Shown here: positions 12,495 to 26,029 of the stretch, piece by piece
Layout of the letters: each line of letters starts with the position of its first letter
Numbering within the stretch: position 1 is the stretch's first letter
NCBI RefSeq assembly: GCF_009914755.1
Contig: NC_060944.1
Reading direction: 5' to 3' (one strand)
Length of the DNA stretch: 64,000 nucleotides
Source of the DNA: the human T2T-CHM13v2.0 reference genome, Homo sapiens
Made by a program: the position numbers and the translations under genes
The notes under the pieces: generated by a model
What the model saw: the letters and a program-made list of their open reading frames with translations, nothing else
Told to the model about the DNA's origin: nothing
Databases searched by the model: none

Positions 12495-12532
<38 letters not shown>
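12495..12532. repeat. Pure poly(T) run, 38 nt, inside L1 ORF2
   Basis: Counted directly; produces the poly-Lys in ORF 12398..12733. Confidence 0.95.
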
Positions 12533-12536
<4 letters not shown>

Positions 12537-14260
12537 ATTTGTTTAAGTTCCTTGTAGATTCTGGATATTAATCTTTTGTTGGGCGCATAGTTTTCAAAGA
12601 TTTTCTCCCACTCTATGAGCTGTCTGTTTACTCTGCTGGTTATTTCTTTTGCTGTGTAGAAGCTTTTTAGTTTAATTAAGTCCCAACTATTTTTCTTTGT
12701 TTTTGTTGCATTTGCTTTGGGATTCTTGGTCATGAAGTATTTGCCTAAGCCAATGTCTAGAAGGATTTTTCAGATGTTATCTTCTGGGATTTTTATGATT
12801 TCAGACCATAGTTTTAAGTCTCTGATCCATCCTGAGTTGGTTTTTGTATAAGGTGAGAGATGAAGAACCAGTTTCATTCTCCTACATGTGGCTTGCCAAT
12901 TATCCCAGCACCATTTGTTGACTAGGGTGTCCTTTCCCCACTTTATGCTTTCATTTGCTTTGTCGGAGATCAGTTGACTGTAGGTATTAGGCTTTATTTC
13001 TGGGTTCTCCATTCTGTTCCATTGGTCTATATGCCTGTTTTTATACCTGTGCCATGCTGTTTTGGTGACTATAGCCTTGCAGTATAGTTTGAAGTCAGGT
13101 AATGTGATGCCTCCAGATTTGTTGGTTTTGTTTAATCTTGCTTTGGCTATGGGGGCTCTTTTTTGGTTCCATATTAATTTTAGGATTATTTGTTCTAGTT
13201 CTATGAAGAATTATGGTGCCAACTGATGGGAACTGCATTAAACCTGTAGATTTCTTTTGGCAGCATGGTCATTTTCACAATATTGATTCTACTCATCCAT
13301 GAGCATAGGATGTGTTTCCATTTGTTTGTGTAATCTATGATTTCTTTCAGCAGTGTTTTGTAGTTTTCCTTGTAGAGGTCTTTCACCTCCTTGGTTAAGT
13401 ATATTCCTAAGGATTTTTTTTTTTTTTTTGCAGCTATTGTAAAAGGAATTGAGTTCTTGATTTGAAGCTGTTTGTGTATAGCAGTGCTACTGATTTGTGT
13501 ACATTAATTTTGTATCCTGAAACTTTGCTTAATTTATTTGCCAGTTCTAGGAGCTTTTTGGATGAGTCTTTAGGGTTTTCGAGGTGTATGATCCTATCAA
13601 CTGCAAACAGTGACAGTTTGACTTCCTCTTTATTGATTTGGATGCCCTTTACTTCTTTCTTCTTGTCTGATTACTGTGCCTAGAACTTCCAGTAGTATGT
13701 TGAATAGAAGTGGTGAAAGTGGGCATCCTTTTCTTGTTCCAGTTCTCAGGGGGAATGTTTCAACTTTTCCCCATTCTGTATAATGTTGGCTGTGGGTTTG
13801 TCATAGATGGCTTTTATTACCTTAAGGTATGCCCCTTCTATGCCAATTTTGCTGAGGGACTTAATCATAAAAAGATGTTGGATTTTGTCAAATGCTTTTT
13901 CTGCATCTATTGAGATGATTATGTGATATTTGTTTTTAATTCTGTTTATGTGGCATATCACATTTATTGACTTGCATATGTTAAAACCATCCTTGCATCC
14001 CTGGTTTAAAAACCACTTGATCATGGTGGATTATCTTTTTGATATGCTGTTGGATTCAGTTCACTATTATTTTGTTGAGGATTTTTTCATCTGTGTTCAT
14101 CAGGGATATTGGTCTCTAGTTTTCCTTTTTTGTTATGTCCTTCCCTGGCTTTGGTATTAGGGTGATACTGGCTTCATAGAATGATTTAGGGAGGAGCTCC
14201 TCTTTCTCTATCTTTTGGAATAGTGACAATAAAACTGGTACCAATTCCTAATTCTTCCTT

Positions 14261-14561
14261 GTTTTGTATTTGTTTTTGTTTTTGTTTTTGTTTTGAGACA
14301 GAGTCTCCCTCTGTCACCAAGGCTGGAGAACAGTGGCACAATCTCAGTTCACTCTAGCCTTGACCCCCCAGCTTCAAGCAATTCTTCCACCACAGCCTCC
14401 CAAGTAGCTAGGACCACAGGCACATGCCACCATGCCAGCTAATTTTTGTATTTTTTGTAAAGGTGGGGTTTCACCATGTTTCCCAGGCTGAGCTCAGGTG
14501 ATCTGCCTGGCTGGGCCTCCCAAAGTGCTGGGATTATAGGAGTAAGCCACCATGCCCAGCC
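14261..14561 (-). mobile_element. AluJ nested in L1PB1
   Basis: Diverged Alu with J-type gcctTGACC/ctcaagc positions; degenerate TSD ctaattcttcctt (14248) / ccaattcttcttt (14562). Confidence 0.9.
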
Positions 14562-16188
14562 CCAATTCTTCTTTCAATGGCTGATAGAATTCAGCTGTGA
14601 ATCCACATGGTTGTGGATTTTTTTGTTGTTCCTGGCAATTTTTTAATGAACATTTTAATCTCGCTGCTTGTTATTGGTCTGTTCAGAGTTTCCGTTTCTT
14701 CCTGGTTTAATCTAGAAGGGTTGTATATTTCCAGGAATTTATTCATCTCCTCTACTTTTTCTAGTTTGTGCACGTCAAGGTGTTCATAGTAGCCTTGAAT
14801 GATCTTTTGCATTTCTATGGTATCAGTTGTAATATATCCCATTTCATTTCTAAATGAGCTTATTTGCATCTTCTCTCTTCTTTTCTTGGTTAATCTCACT
14901 AATGGTCTGTCAATTTTGTTTATCTATTTCAAAGAACCAGCTTTTTGTTTCATTTGTCTTTTGCATTTTTTGATTCAATTTCATTTAGTTCTGCTCTGAT
15001 CTTTGTTATTCCTTTTCTTCCATTGGGTTTGGATTTGGTTTGTTCTTGTTTATCTAGTTTCCTGAGGTGTTACCTTAGGTTGGTTGTTTGTGCTCTTTCA
15101 GATTTTTTGATGTAAGCATTTAAGGCTATGAACTTTCCTCTTAGCAATGAATTTGCTGTATCCCGGAGATTTTGGTAGGTTTTGTCACTGTTATCATTCA
15201 GTTCAAAGAATTTTTAAATTTTCAACTTGATTTTATTGTTGAGCCAACAATCGTACAGAATCAGGTTATTTAATTTCCATGTATTTGCATGGTTTTGAGT
15301 GTTCCTTTTGGAGTTGATTTCCAATTTTATTCCACTGTGATCTGAGAGAGTACTTGATATAATTTCAGTTTTCTTGAATTTGTTGAGACTTGTTTTATGG
15401 CCTATCATATGGTCTATCTTGGAGAATGTTCCATCTGCTTTTGAATAGAATGGATATTCTGCTATTGTTGGGTAGAATGATCTGTAAATATCTGTTAAAT
15501 CCATTTGTTCTAGGGTATGGTTTAAGTCCATTCTTTGTTGACTTTCTGTCTTGATGACCTGTCTAGTGCTGTCAGTGGAGTATCGAAGTCCCCCACTATT
15601 ATTGTGTTGCTGTCCTCAACCAGCTTCCACACAGCCCACAGCTCAAAAGGCTGGTCTCACTCCCACCATGCCCCCAACAACAGCACCAAGTTGTCCCAGG
15701 TGGCTGGTGAGCAGGGCTGAAAACTTGCCCCAAGCTAGCTGCCTCCCCACTGAGAAAGCAAGCTGTTCCATGGAGCCTGCAGTAGCAATTCACCTCCTTC
15801 AAAGGGTCTGTGGATTCTCTTGTCTTTCCTGGTATGTTCCTGCAGCAGTTCTTGGAGCAAAAGTTCATGATGTGATTCTCCACAGGCTGCTCTCTCTGTC
15901 TGAGCGGGAAGTACAAGTTCTTCATGCCTCCTATCTGCCATTTTTTTCTCATCTCCAAAAAAAATCTTTAAATCTACAAATAGAATTGAGACTAATAAGC
16001 TGTTTAGATGTAGGTTCTTAAGGCACCTGGGGAAACCAAAAAATCGCTGAGTCCAAACCCTGACTATCTAATGAAGACTGAGTGGCTCCATCCCTCGTAT
16101 GCTGCAATTCCTTTTTTTTTTTTTCATTTTATGTATTTGGACAATGCATGCTTGCTATTTTTAACATTCTATAATTTAGAGAATGTGA

Positions 16189-16610
<422 letters not shown>

Positions 16611-17344
16611 TTTGCACTTTAAAATAGTAAATAAATCACAGAAATTTTCTCCTTATACATACATAGAGCCCTTCCCTATCAAGGCAAATGGATGAAGGCA
16701 TTTTTGTTGCCTGCGTCTCATCCCTCTGCACTTTCCAAGATTGCCTTGTTCCATTAGAAAGGAGGAAAGGGGTACAACGAGAAACGGGAATGTCTTTTAT
16801 TTCACAGCATTATTCAAATAGATTACTTCCCTCATATATAATCCTAAGGGGAAATTGCCAATTTCCGTGTTTGTGGAAAATCCATTTTCACAAGCTAAAC
16901 TTTTCCAGCAGGTGTGGGCTGCTGCTTGCTCCAGGCCATCTCTGTCTTCTACCTCCCTGAGGTTTCCAAGTAACCAAGCCCCACCTTATGCCTTGGCTAG
17001 GAACTGGCCCATTCTCTTCCTGCCACTAGCCCTCTAGGAAACTTCGACAGGTGCCCAGGTCTCCTGGGTGTAGAGAGCACAGCCTTGCTCCACAGCCACC
17101 AGCTTGTGCTGAGAGGAGACGCTCAGGTGGGATGGAGCTCTCTGAGCTGGTTCTGCAGGAGTTGAGCTGGCTGCCACCGTGGAGCTCAGAGTCTAGCTGG
17201 TGTGAATCCAGCAGACCCACCCGCAATGTGCCCCTGAACCTGGTTCCCCTCTCCTCCCTGTAGCCTTGTTCATCATGTGCAGATGGATGTCTTCAGACTA
17301 GAGTATCTGCTCCATCAGAGGCTTCTGCCACCATGGGATATTCT

Positions 17345-17483
17345 GCTCCTGCCCATGCACCACAGCAGCCACCAGCCACACCTTGCTATTGAGCACTTGA
17401 AATGTGGCTGGTGCACCTGTGAAGCAGAATGTTTTATTTAAACAGCCACATCCTGCCAGTGGGCAAAGTATGGGACAGCGCAG
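17345..17483. mobile_element. MER3 hAT-Charlie MITE
   Basis: agccaccagccaca..gctattgagcacttgaaatgtggct...agccacat...ggacagcgcag. Confidence 0.75.
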
Positions 17484-18167
17484 GTGTAGGCAGGAAGGTG
17501 GAAAAACGCATCCCAAGAAGAGAGAATAGTTTATATGAGGCAAGGAGACTGCAGCTTGGATGAGCCCAGGGTCGGGAGGAGGGCCTCCTCTTTCCCTTTG
17601 CACACCAGCCTGGGTGGTCTTAAAACTGCAGCGAGGTGGGCCCTTGGCATGGGGAATGCAGGACTGCAGGGTGAAAAGAGGGCATGGTGCGGGGCCAGCC
17701 AGGGCTGAGGAAGCGGCCAGTGATGCAGAGCTCCATGTCGGCAGGGCCCCATCGACTTGCTCTGGCAGCCTGCTGGGGCCTGGGTACAGGTTCAGATCAC
17801 AAGTGCAGGCTCAGAGAAGCAGGGAAGGATGGTGTTCCTCGATGGCAGTAACTCCATGCTGTGTAGTTCACTGTGGAGACAGCACAGAGCCCACCAGGTC
17901 CAGCGTTGCAGGTGCGTTGGCCTGAGACTGCAACACCACTGACCGCTTACTCTCGAAGACTGAGCTACTGCTGTGGTCCCCGTCCCTCACCTCATGGCTG
18001 GAGGGTGCAAAGCGGAGCCAGGGTCAGAGCTTCATGTGGGACTGGTGACAGTGCCGTGACTGGCAGGCCCCAAGTCCCCAGCACTTCCTCTAATTAAGGG
18101 AACTTGGCATGTCCCTGGGCCTCTCTGAGCTTTAACTTCATCTTTAAATTGTGACTTGTAAATGGAT

Positions 18168-18545
18168 CAAGCTTCTCAAACTCTAGTGAGCCTGAGAACA
18201 ACCCAGGGTGCTTGTTTAAAATATAATTCTTGGGTCTCTGGACTGGATTCTGGAACAGAAAAAGAATGCTAATGGAAAAACAAGTGAAATCTGATGAAAT
18301 CTAGAGTTAATTAATTGTAATGAGCCAATGTTGCTTTCTTATTTTTTACTAATGAACCTTGATACTGTAAGATACTATTAGAGGAAGCAAATTGGGTGAG
18401 GGGCATATGGGAACATTCACATTATCTTTGCATATTTTTTGTGACTCTAAAACTATTGCAGAATAAAATGTATATTTTTTAAAAAGCTTGTTCCTTACCC
18501 CGACCACAGCCATTCTGAATTCAGTAGGTTTGGGGGTGGGTCCCC
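18168..18545. mobile_element. MER5A split by an L1MC4-type 3' fragment (18235-18486, plus strand)
   Basis: ttctcaaactctagtgagcctgagaacaacccagggtgcttgtttaaaa | ctggactggattctggaacagaaaaag...tgggtgaggggcatatgggaac...tctaaaactatt..gaataaaa | attctgaattcagtaggtttggggg. Confidence 0.7.
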
Positions 18546-20619
18546 ACGGGCTGTGATGGGAGTGATCAGCAGACCGGGTTGGAAAACACTGAACTTTGTT
18601 CCCATGGTGCTAGCTGGAACCACTCCTGGGTCCAGATTCTCTGAGGTGGCTTTCCACCCAAGCAACAGGGGCACAGCCAGAAAGCAGGCCACAGATGCCA
18701 GAGAGTCAGAACCAGGCCTGGAGTCTGGAAGGGCCAGAGAGAGCTGAGGACACAGGAGATGAGAAGTCCAGATGTCAGCAAAGAGGGACGTGAGGGGACA
18801 GAGCTGGGGACTCGCCTCCCTCACTGCCCCATGCACCTGCCATGAGTGCCTGCAGTGCATACCTGTGTGGTGTGGGGGGCACCCTGAGCACCCACCCCCG
18901 AGTTCCACAGGTTCCACTCCTGGGAAAACACATAAGGAGCTGGTGGCGGAGGCTCTGGGCCTGAAGTCAGAGCTCAAGAGTGGATGGAAGGTCAAATCCT
19001 TGGATGAAAACGACAAAAATATCAGGAATCTAAGTGCGGAGACCCCAGCCTGCTGCCTCCAGACCCTCCCTGGGTTGGGAAAGGCCATGGCTGAATAAGG
19101 TAGTTGGCCAGTGTGGCGGGAGAGAGGCCTCTTGGGAGTACCCCAAACCTCGTGGCACAGAAAAGACCCATGGATTTGTACCCAGGGGGTTGGATAGGGA
19201 CATTCCAGCACAGACCACAAGTGGCTTACACTGCCCTGTGAGGGCAGGTGTGATCAGGACACACCATGGCCAGGAGGGGCTGGACGAAGTGGCCTGGGCC
19301 CTTGGTGGGAGCACGGCCAGAACTCGGCCATTCCCTGGGATCTGGAGGGACATAGGAAGTAGAACAAGGAGAGTGGGGCTCCAGGAGGGCAGCCAAGAGG
19401 GCAGCGGTGGTTGCAGCCTCTAGGGTGGGTGGGCCCAGAGAACCTGGGAGGAGGCCCCAGTTCGGCAGACTTTTGCTAGGGAGAGGCAGGGAAGGCCTGG
19501 GCTGAAATCCAGGCAGAGGGGGTGTTGCCAAGACACTGACTGGAAGACGGGTCGGCAGGACACAGTCAGATGATTCCTGCCCTTTCTGGGGTGACTTTGC
19601 GGCACCTGGTGATGGCCTGAGCTTCTCCATCACCTGCAGTATAGTCCATGGCCCCGAGCATGCACACTGGGACTGCTAGGTCTGCAGAACCCATTAGAAA
19701 ATGCAGAACTTAGGAATCTGCATCTCCAGGGTTGGGGTCCAGGAATCTATTTTTTTACATCGCGAGGTGATTCTAACGAGCTAATAGGTTTGGTAACTGC
19801 CAGAAGAAAGGACTTCCAAGTCCCTAGCTATGGGATCCTGGCCCCAGGGACACAAGCTAGATGTGCAGGCTCTGGTTGTCCCCAGGGAAGTGACTGTTCT
19901 GCCCTCACCCCAGCATACCTCCCAAGTTTTAGTGCTCAGCCTCTCCCAGCTGAGTCCGTGGGCCGGAGTGGTTATAGCCCAAGGAGTTATTGCTGCCATA
20001 AATTCAAAGAAATGAAGCATTTCGGAAGATAAATTTCTTTTTGATTCCCAGCCAGGCTTCCTTTGGAGAGATGGCTGGAAGTCCATGCTGTCCCTGAGCT
20101 GTGTCTCCCTTTCCTTCCTGTGCCACCCCTGCTGTGACCTCGCCGGCGCCGGCTCCGGACAGGCTGCTGCTTCCCGAGTCCCTGGAGGCTTCATCTGAGC
20201 CACTCAGTTTCCCTCCCTGGCAGCTCCACGGCCGGGCAAACTTCATTAGTTCCAGCACTTGCTCAAGGATTTTCTGTCTCTCCCTTCACTGTCTTGTTTA
20301 CTTTTCTTACCTTCTGTTTCTACTTTTTTTGGTTTCCATAAAAATTGCTTGCACAACTGGTTTGGTCCAGTTCTGCAATCAGCATCTGGGCCACTGCCTG
20401 CTGCAGGGCTGAGAGTTGACACAATCAGAAACAGTGTCCTGCTGGCTGGGGCATAATTTAGTTCAGATGACACTCTGTGGCCAATGTCGTATTTTCCCCC
20501 AGATTCTACTGGAGCCACGCAGAGGAAAATCTACTGCATGTAAAGCTAATGACAGGTCGAATACATCAGGGATTGCTGAGTCTTGGTTGGATAATACAAC
20601 ACATGGATGCTTGGCAAGT

Positions 20620-21720
20620 ACCTTCATTCATTCCTTCACTCATTCACTCTTACAGTGATTCATTGAACAAATTTGACTGGTGGCTGCCCTGTCCCAGGTG
20701 CTGTGTTAGGTAGATTCCACCAGAGAGGAAGAGAGGAGCAATGGAAAGGGATGCGTGTGTGCACTTGTGTGGCATGATTAAATATGGATTGTGTAATATA
20801 TATGATGAAGCAAACATGAGTGGCTATCTAGGCATAAAGAGGTAGTTGCCCTAAGAGCTGCACAGTGGAATGTTTCATGGGAAAGCATTTCAGATGAGCT
20901 CTGAGCAACCCCTGAAGCAAGGGCAGGTCCACCAACCACAGGCAGTCTGTATGTGTGCCCAGAGCAGGATGGGAAGAGGAGGTGGTCAGAGACTGGAGGC
21001 TGGGGACATGTCCATCCCATCCCTAAGCACCACCAGCCCTCCATGCTCAGCCATAACCTTAACCCCACATCCTCTCCTGAATATCCCCAGGCTGGAACCA
21101 GGGCCCTGGCATGTGGGTTGATGAAAACCTTATTAATTTGATGCTCCTCCTTGGAGGCTGGTGCTTCTGGCATTTGCTGAGCAGGTAGGTAGCCGTGTGG
21201 TGGGACCCAGATGTTCATAAAACCAAGAACTGCATGGGAAAGAGATTGTTCAAAGTCACTGTCAGCTGAAAAAAGTGACAAGGGCCCTGAGAGGGCAGAT
21301 GATGTGCTAGGCCCTGAGAAGGAACCAGGAAATGCTTCCAGGAGGGATGGATGGGGCAGGCTTCATGGAAAAGCAGAGGAGGATGTGGAACCAGCTAGTT
21401 AGCAGGAGGCGGGTGAGTTAGGTGGGTCACTTGCCAGGAACAGGGAACAATGGAATGGACCCAGCAGAGAAGTGGCAGACATAGCAGTGGCAAGAAGGGG
21501 GCATTGGAGCTGGACTTTCAGGGCCTTAAGTGGCAAATTAAGGACTTTGAGTTTGACCCCAAGAAGGTGAAGCGGTCTTGGGAAGTGGCTTTAATGGCTG
21601 GGGATGGCGTGATCAACACCACGTTCAGGGGTCGGAGTCTTGTGGCCCAGTGGACTGGGCATGGGCTGGAGGGGGAGGGTGCACTAAGAGGCAGAGGGAT
21701 GTCCCTTGGGGGCATGAGCT
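20620..21720 (-). mobile_element. L2 LINE fragments
   Basis: (TTCA)n tail then cattgaacaaattt...ccaggtgctgtgttagg; further L2-like sequence at ~21300-21720 (aaggactttgagtttgacccc). Confidence 0.55.
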
Positions 21721-21975
21721 GAGACAGGCTGGGAATGTGAACGGAGAGGACGAGGTGCTGGTGTGCCTTGCCGTGGCTGAACACAGCCTTGTGGCTTCAC
21801 TGAAACATTCCTCAGAGGCAACCGAAGATTCAGGGAAGAAGCCATGTCCATGGGCTTCCAGCACCAGAAGGATCAACTCTTCAGGCACATATGACAACCT
21901 ACTCTCAGGTCCTTCCTACCAATTCCTGATGGGCCACCTAGGGCCATCTTGGTTTGTTTAATTTGAGTTCCCTAG

Positions 21976-22315
<340 letters not shown>

Positions 22316-22619
22316 TTTTTTTTTTTTTTTTTTTACTTTGGATGATTCAGACTTTCAGTCCTATGAAAGATTGGAGGCTGAGTAAGTGGACTGTCCTGTC
22401 CCCGTGTGGACAAGTGGCCCAGCCACTGCAAGCTGCTGTGTTCTGGAAAAAGGACAATTTATATCCAGGTCTGTATTCGAATCCCACTCTGCTGCTTGGG
22501 AAGCTCTCTGAGATTCACGGTTTCCCAACAAAAAAGTGGCATTGTGAGGGCCATAATGGTCTAAGAGGAAAAGAGGAGCTGAGAATAAGCTTGTCACCAT
22601 CGGGCACACCCGTCAGCAT

Positions 22620-22940
22620 TTTCTTCTCTTCTTCCTGAACACCCAGCAGATCGGACAGCAGCCTCCCCTGCAGCCAGGTGAGTTCTAGCCAATAGGATGT
22701 AAGCCAGGGAGCACTCTTCCCCCTTCTGTAGGCTGGATCCAGATGTAGACACTGAGGCCCTAGAGAACAGAGGAGCCACAAGGTGGGAGAATTCCTGGAA
22801 GGGATCGGAAGAGGGAGGACAGCTACCTGCCAGCCAGGACCTCGCATTTTCAACTCTTCAGGGAATAAGCAATAAACTTCATACTTGGGACTTTGGACAT
22901 TATGGGGTCCTTTTGCTATAGGAGCCAGCATTAACCCAAA
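22620..22940 (+). mobile_element. Old MaLR LTR (MLT1H-K type)
   Basis: gcagccaggtgagttctagccaataggatgtaag...aataaacttc...ggggtccttttgctataggagc. Confidence 0.55.
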
Positions 22941-23799
22941 GGAGACAGATCATGTCATCTGCAGAACCTCTTCCAAGGCAAGCAGCATCAGGGAGATGTG
23001 TCTGAACAAAGCAAGGGGATTCGGGACAGAAGAATCTTGACCTAGTCAAGTTCAACTAAAAGCACACACTTGGGAAAGGAAGGAAGCCCCGAGATCACGG
23101 CTCTCCCTTAAGACAGAACCTTCCTTCTGCCCAGAACCTTTCAGCATTGAAGCAAAGCAACAGGCCCATGCTTGGGAGATCTAACTCCCCAGAATAAGTG
23201 TCTGACCATGTGTAAGCCTTAATCATCTAATGTGATTAGGGTCAACAGCGTGACTTAGCCTAGTGGTGAAAAACTCTGAAAAAGATTCAGGAAAACCCAG
23301 ATGATCTTGCCTTGCTTTAACTAGGAGAACCAGAACAGCAGGGCAATTGACGTTAACTACAAGACCCAGGCCCGGCTGTTGTGCTCCTCCTGGGAGCATC
23401 AGGCACTCACCACACCCCCACATGCCCTGGCCACATCCACAGCTGCTGCTGCAGACACCACACATCTGGGCTGGCTCTGCTGCAGTCCCTCTGTAGTGAC
23501 GCAAGCCAGAAAGATTCACTTCTGTGTGGATCTGCCACCTGCAGCAGGGCACCTGTCGCCTGTGGTTTTGAACTTGCTAACTGCGGGTGCAATGCAACTG
23601 CACCAGTGCATGCAGCACAGTGTGATTCCCACAAGCCGCCTCTCAACTGTTTTCTCCCTTCCTAGCCCAGTGCCATGGCCTTCGGCAACAACACAGGGCA
23701 GAGGGGTGGGGATCATCAACTTCTTAATCCTGGGGCACAGGCAGGAAATGTAAGCCAGCCCTGCTCCTGCCTCTACTCCCAAGCATGGGCTGTGACAGC

Positions 23800-24070
23800 C
23801 CTGAAATCCCAGTTCAGCCACTCAATTGCCCTGTGACCTGAGGCAAGATACTCACCATCTCTGAGTTTCTCTCCTCCAAAAAGTGGAGATGATGCCTGCA
23901 CCTCCTTCCCAGGTTGCTGGGATCCTGAGTCCTAGCCCAGTGCTGCCCAGTATCGTTTGCACCCTTGCCAGGTATGAGGACTGACAAGTCGTAAATGAGC
24001 TGTGTGAGTCATTGTTCCTCTGTGAACCTCAGTTTTTTCCCCTACCTGGTGATGGAATAGGCTCGGCCCT
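23800..24070 (+). mobile_element. Two MIR fragments
   Basis: aatcccagttcagccact..ctgtgacctgaggcaag...; gctgtgtgag..ctctgtgaacctcagtttt. Confidence 0.6.
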
Positions 24071-24327
24071 GCCTATCCCTGTTGGTGTTGCTGCAGGAGC
24101 AGCTGTAAAACCCAGCAGACCATTTACTGCCATGACAGCCTGCCATCACCCATCCCTAACCAAGGAAACCCCAGGTGACTTTTGGGATGTTGCAGGAGGC
24201 AGAGGGGCCTAGGTGACTCTCAGTGGCAGCTACAGGAGCCCAGTGCTCCCAGCACTCACTGCCTGAATCAGATGTGGGTGCGGAGGATGGACGTGCAGGG
24301 ATGAGGGCCCTGGGCTCATCGGAGCCT

Positions 24328-24760
24328 GTGGCCATGGCAACCTCATCAGGAGCTCCATGTGGGGATTATTAAGGAATATTTGCATTAATTAAGAGTCCAA
24401 ACATCTTCCTTTTCCAGGCAGGGACCTGACACACACATGCCTCTCTCCAGCCTCTAAGTACCCTTGGCTATGCCTTGGGCAGCCTGCTGGGTGCTGGAGC
24501 GGGTCCTGCAGCATAAGGATTCTGGCTCTGCTCTCCAACCTCTCAGAACCTCACTTGCATTGACGCATTTCCCTCTACTGCTGTCCCCAGCCTTCTAAGT
24601 GAGCCATCAGCAGCCTCAAGTGCATCATCCATCTGCTTTATTCACAAAACAAACCATCGTTGCTGGGCTGGTCCGGACTCCGCCCTCCCTCTTTGACATC
24701 ATCATGAACAATAGTCATTGTTTTGTTTGAACCAAAATTGTCTAATGTTGTACAAAAATA
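24328..24760. promoter_or_regulatory. Candidate developmental enhancer (motif cluster in non-repeat DNA)
   Basis: RFX X-box GTGGCCATGGCAAC at 24328-24341, GGATTA at 24363, octamer ATTTGCAT at 24378 abutting TAATTA, SOX inverted pair AACAAT-N4-ATTGTT at 24707-24722; function inferred only. Confidence 0.35.
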
Positions 24761-26029
24761 GAGTCACTTTGAGTCTTCCAAAGGACATGTGACATCCTGG
24801 AAGCTGGAACAAAACCCAAGCCCCAGAGGCATCCCACAGATGACCACAGTGAACCTGGATGTGCGGGGACCCAGGTGGAGCCCAGAGACTGGGGACAAGA
24901 AGGTGGCTTGGAGGAAGAGGATAGGAGCCCTCCTGCAAACACCCCTGACTCTGCAGTGGGGTCTCACCTGAGAACTACCCCCATAGTTTCAGCAGGGCAG
25001 TTCTTTGTGGAGACAGTGGGTGCAGAGACCAGCAGGTCAGCCCCAGGGCGAGCAGCAGACCCCATGGAGAGGAGCCCCTTGCTGGGGGGTGGGGGAACTC
25101 ACTCCCCATAACAGGCATGGTATAGCCCTTCCTTCCTCTAGGCCCCACCTGTGGCTTCTCTCCGTAGAGGTCCATCCTGCTCTGAGCCTCAGCCACATAA
25201 AACCTCCCTCCACACCCACCAGGAGCCCCAGCTCTGCTGTTGGGCCTGCTCTAGCCACCTTCTCTTCCATTTCCTGAAGACGTTGCGGGACCTCCCATCC
25301 CCATTTCATGAGCACAGAGGACTGGGGAGAGCAGCCCAGAGTCAAGTGGGTGTGAGTGCCTGCTGCTCAGATGGGGTCCACACATGCCCCTCCTTCCTGT
25401 TTGTTCCCCCAAATTCCTGATTTTCACCTTCCTTGCAGGCTGGGGATGAGGAACAACCCCCTTCAGAGCCCAGCCCTTATCAGAGTCCACACCTCCCAGA
25501 CAGAACGGCTAAGAAGGCACACAGACCCCAGCAAGTCAGACCTGGAAGCATACTCACTGCTGGAGGCCTGGGGTCCTTGGTACAGGGGAGTTCCCCTGGT
25601 TAAGGGAAACCTTAGCCCTTGTCTGGGCCCAGCTGTATGACCAAGGCTGGTATCCAGGCCCTTAGCTTGGACACTGGCAGCGCTGCCCACCTCCCTGATG
25701 TCTTTGTCCCCTGCTGTTGGCTGGGTTCCTGGTCTGAATGATCTGAGTAACCCACAGCAGCATGGCCGCTATCTGTTGCCAAAATCCATTTCATCCAATG
25801 CCCAGAACCTCCTGCTGTCCCAGTCCACCCCTGGATATTGACAAGGCCTGGGTGAGCCAAGGACCTTCCACAACACCCTGCATTTGTGGGCTGGCCAGCT
25901 TCCTGGGGAACCGTCCTCCCTGGGACCCTCCCCAGTCTCAGCATGTTCAGTTCCCACTGGCTCTCCTAGGACAGTAACTTGTCCCTGTGCATGTAGCTTG
26001 CATCACCCTCGATATCAACTTCCTAAAGT

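Larger units (their letters stand above)
11645..15961 (-). mobile_element. L1PB1-type LINE-1, retains both ends but lacks ORF1 and part of the 5'UTR
   Basis: L1PB1 3'UTR (ttggggaacaggtggtgtttggttacatgaat); ORF2 peptides in the ORF track ([33 protein letters not shown]); L1PB 5' end near 15945; TSD AAATCTTTA at 11636-11644 and 15962-15970. Confidence 0.92.

Noticed and set aside
18495-19220. 241-aa minus-strand ORF
   Set aside because: Non-ATG start, no recognisable motif, ends in a MER5A fragment; overlapping ORFs in several frames are expected at this GC content
20140-20180. CpG island or promoter
   Set aside because: Only a ~40-bp CpG cluster; the window is CpG-depleted overall
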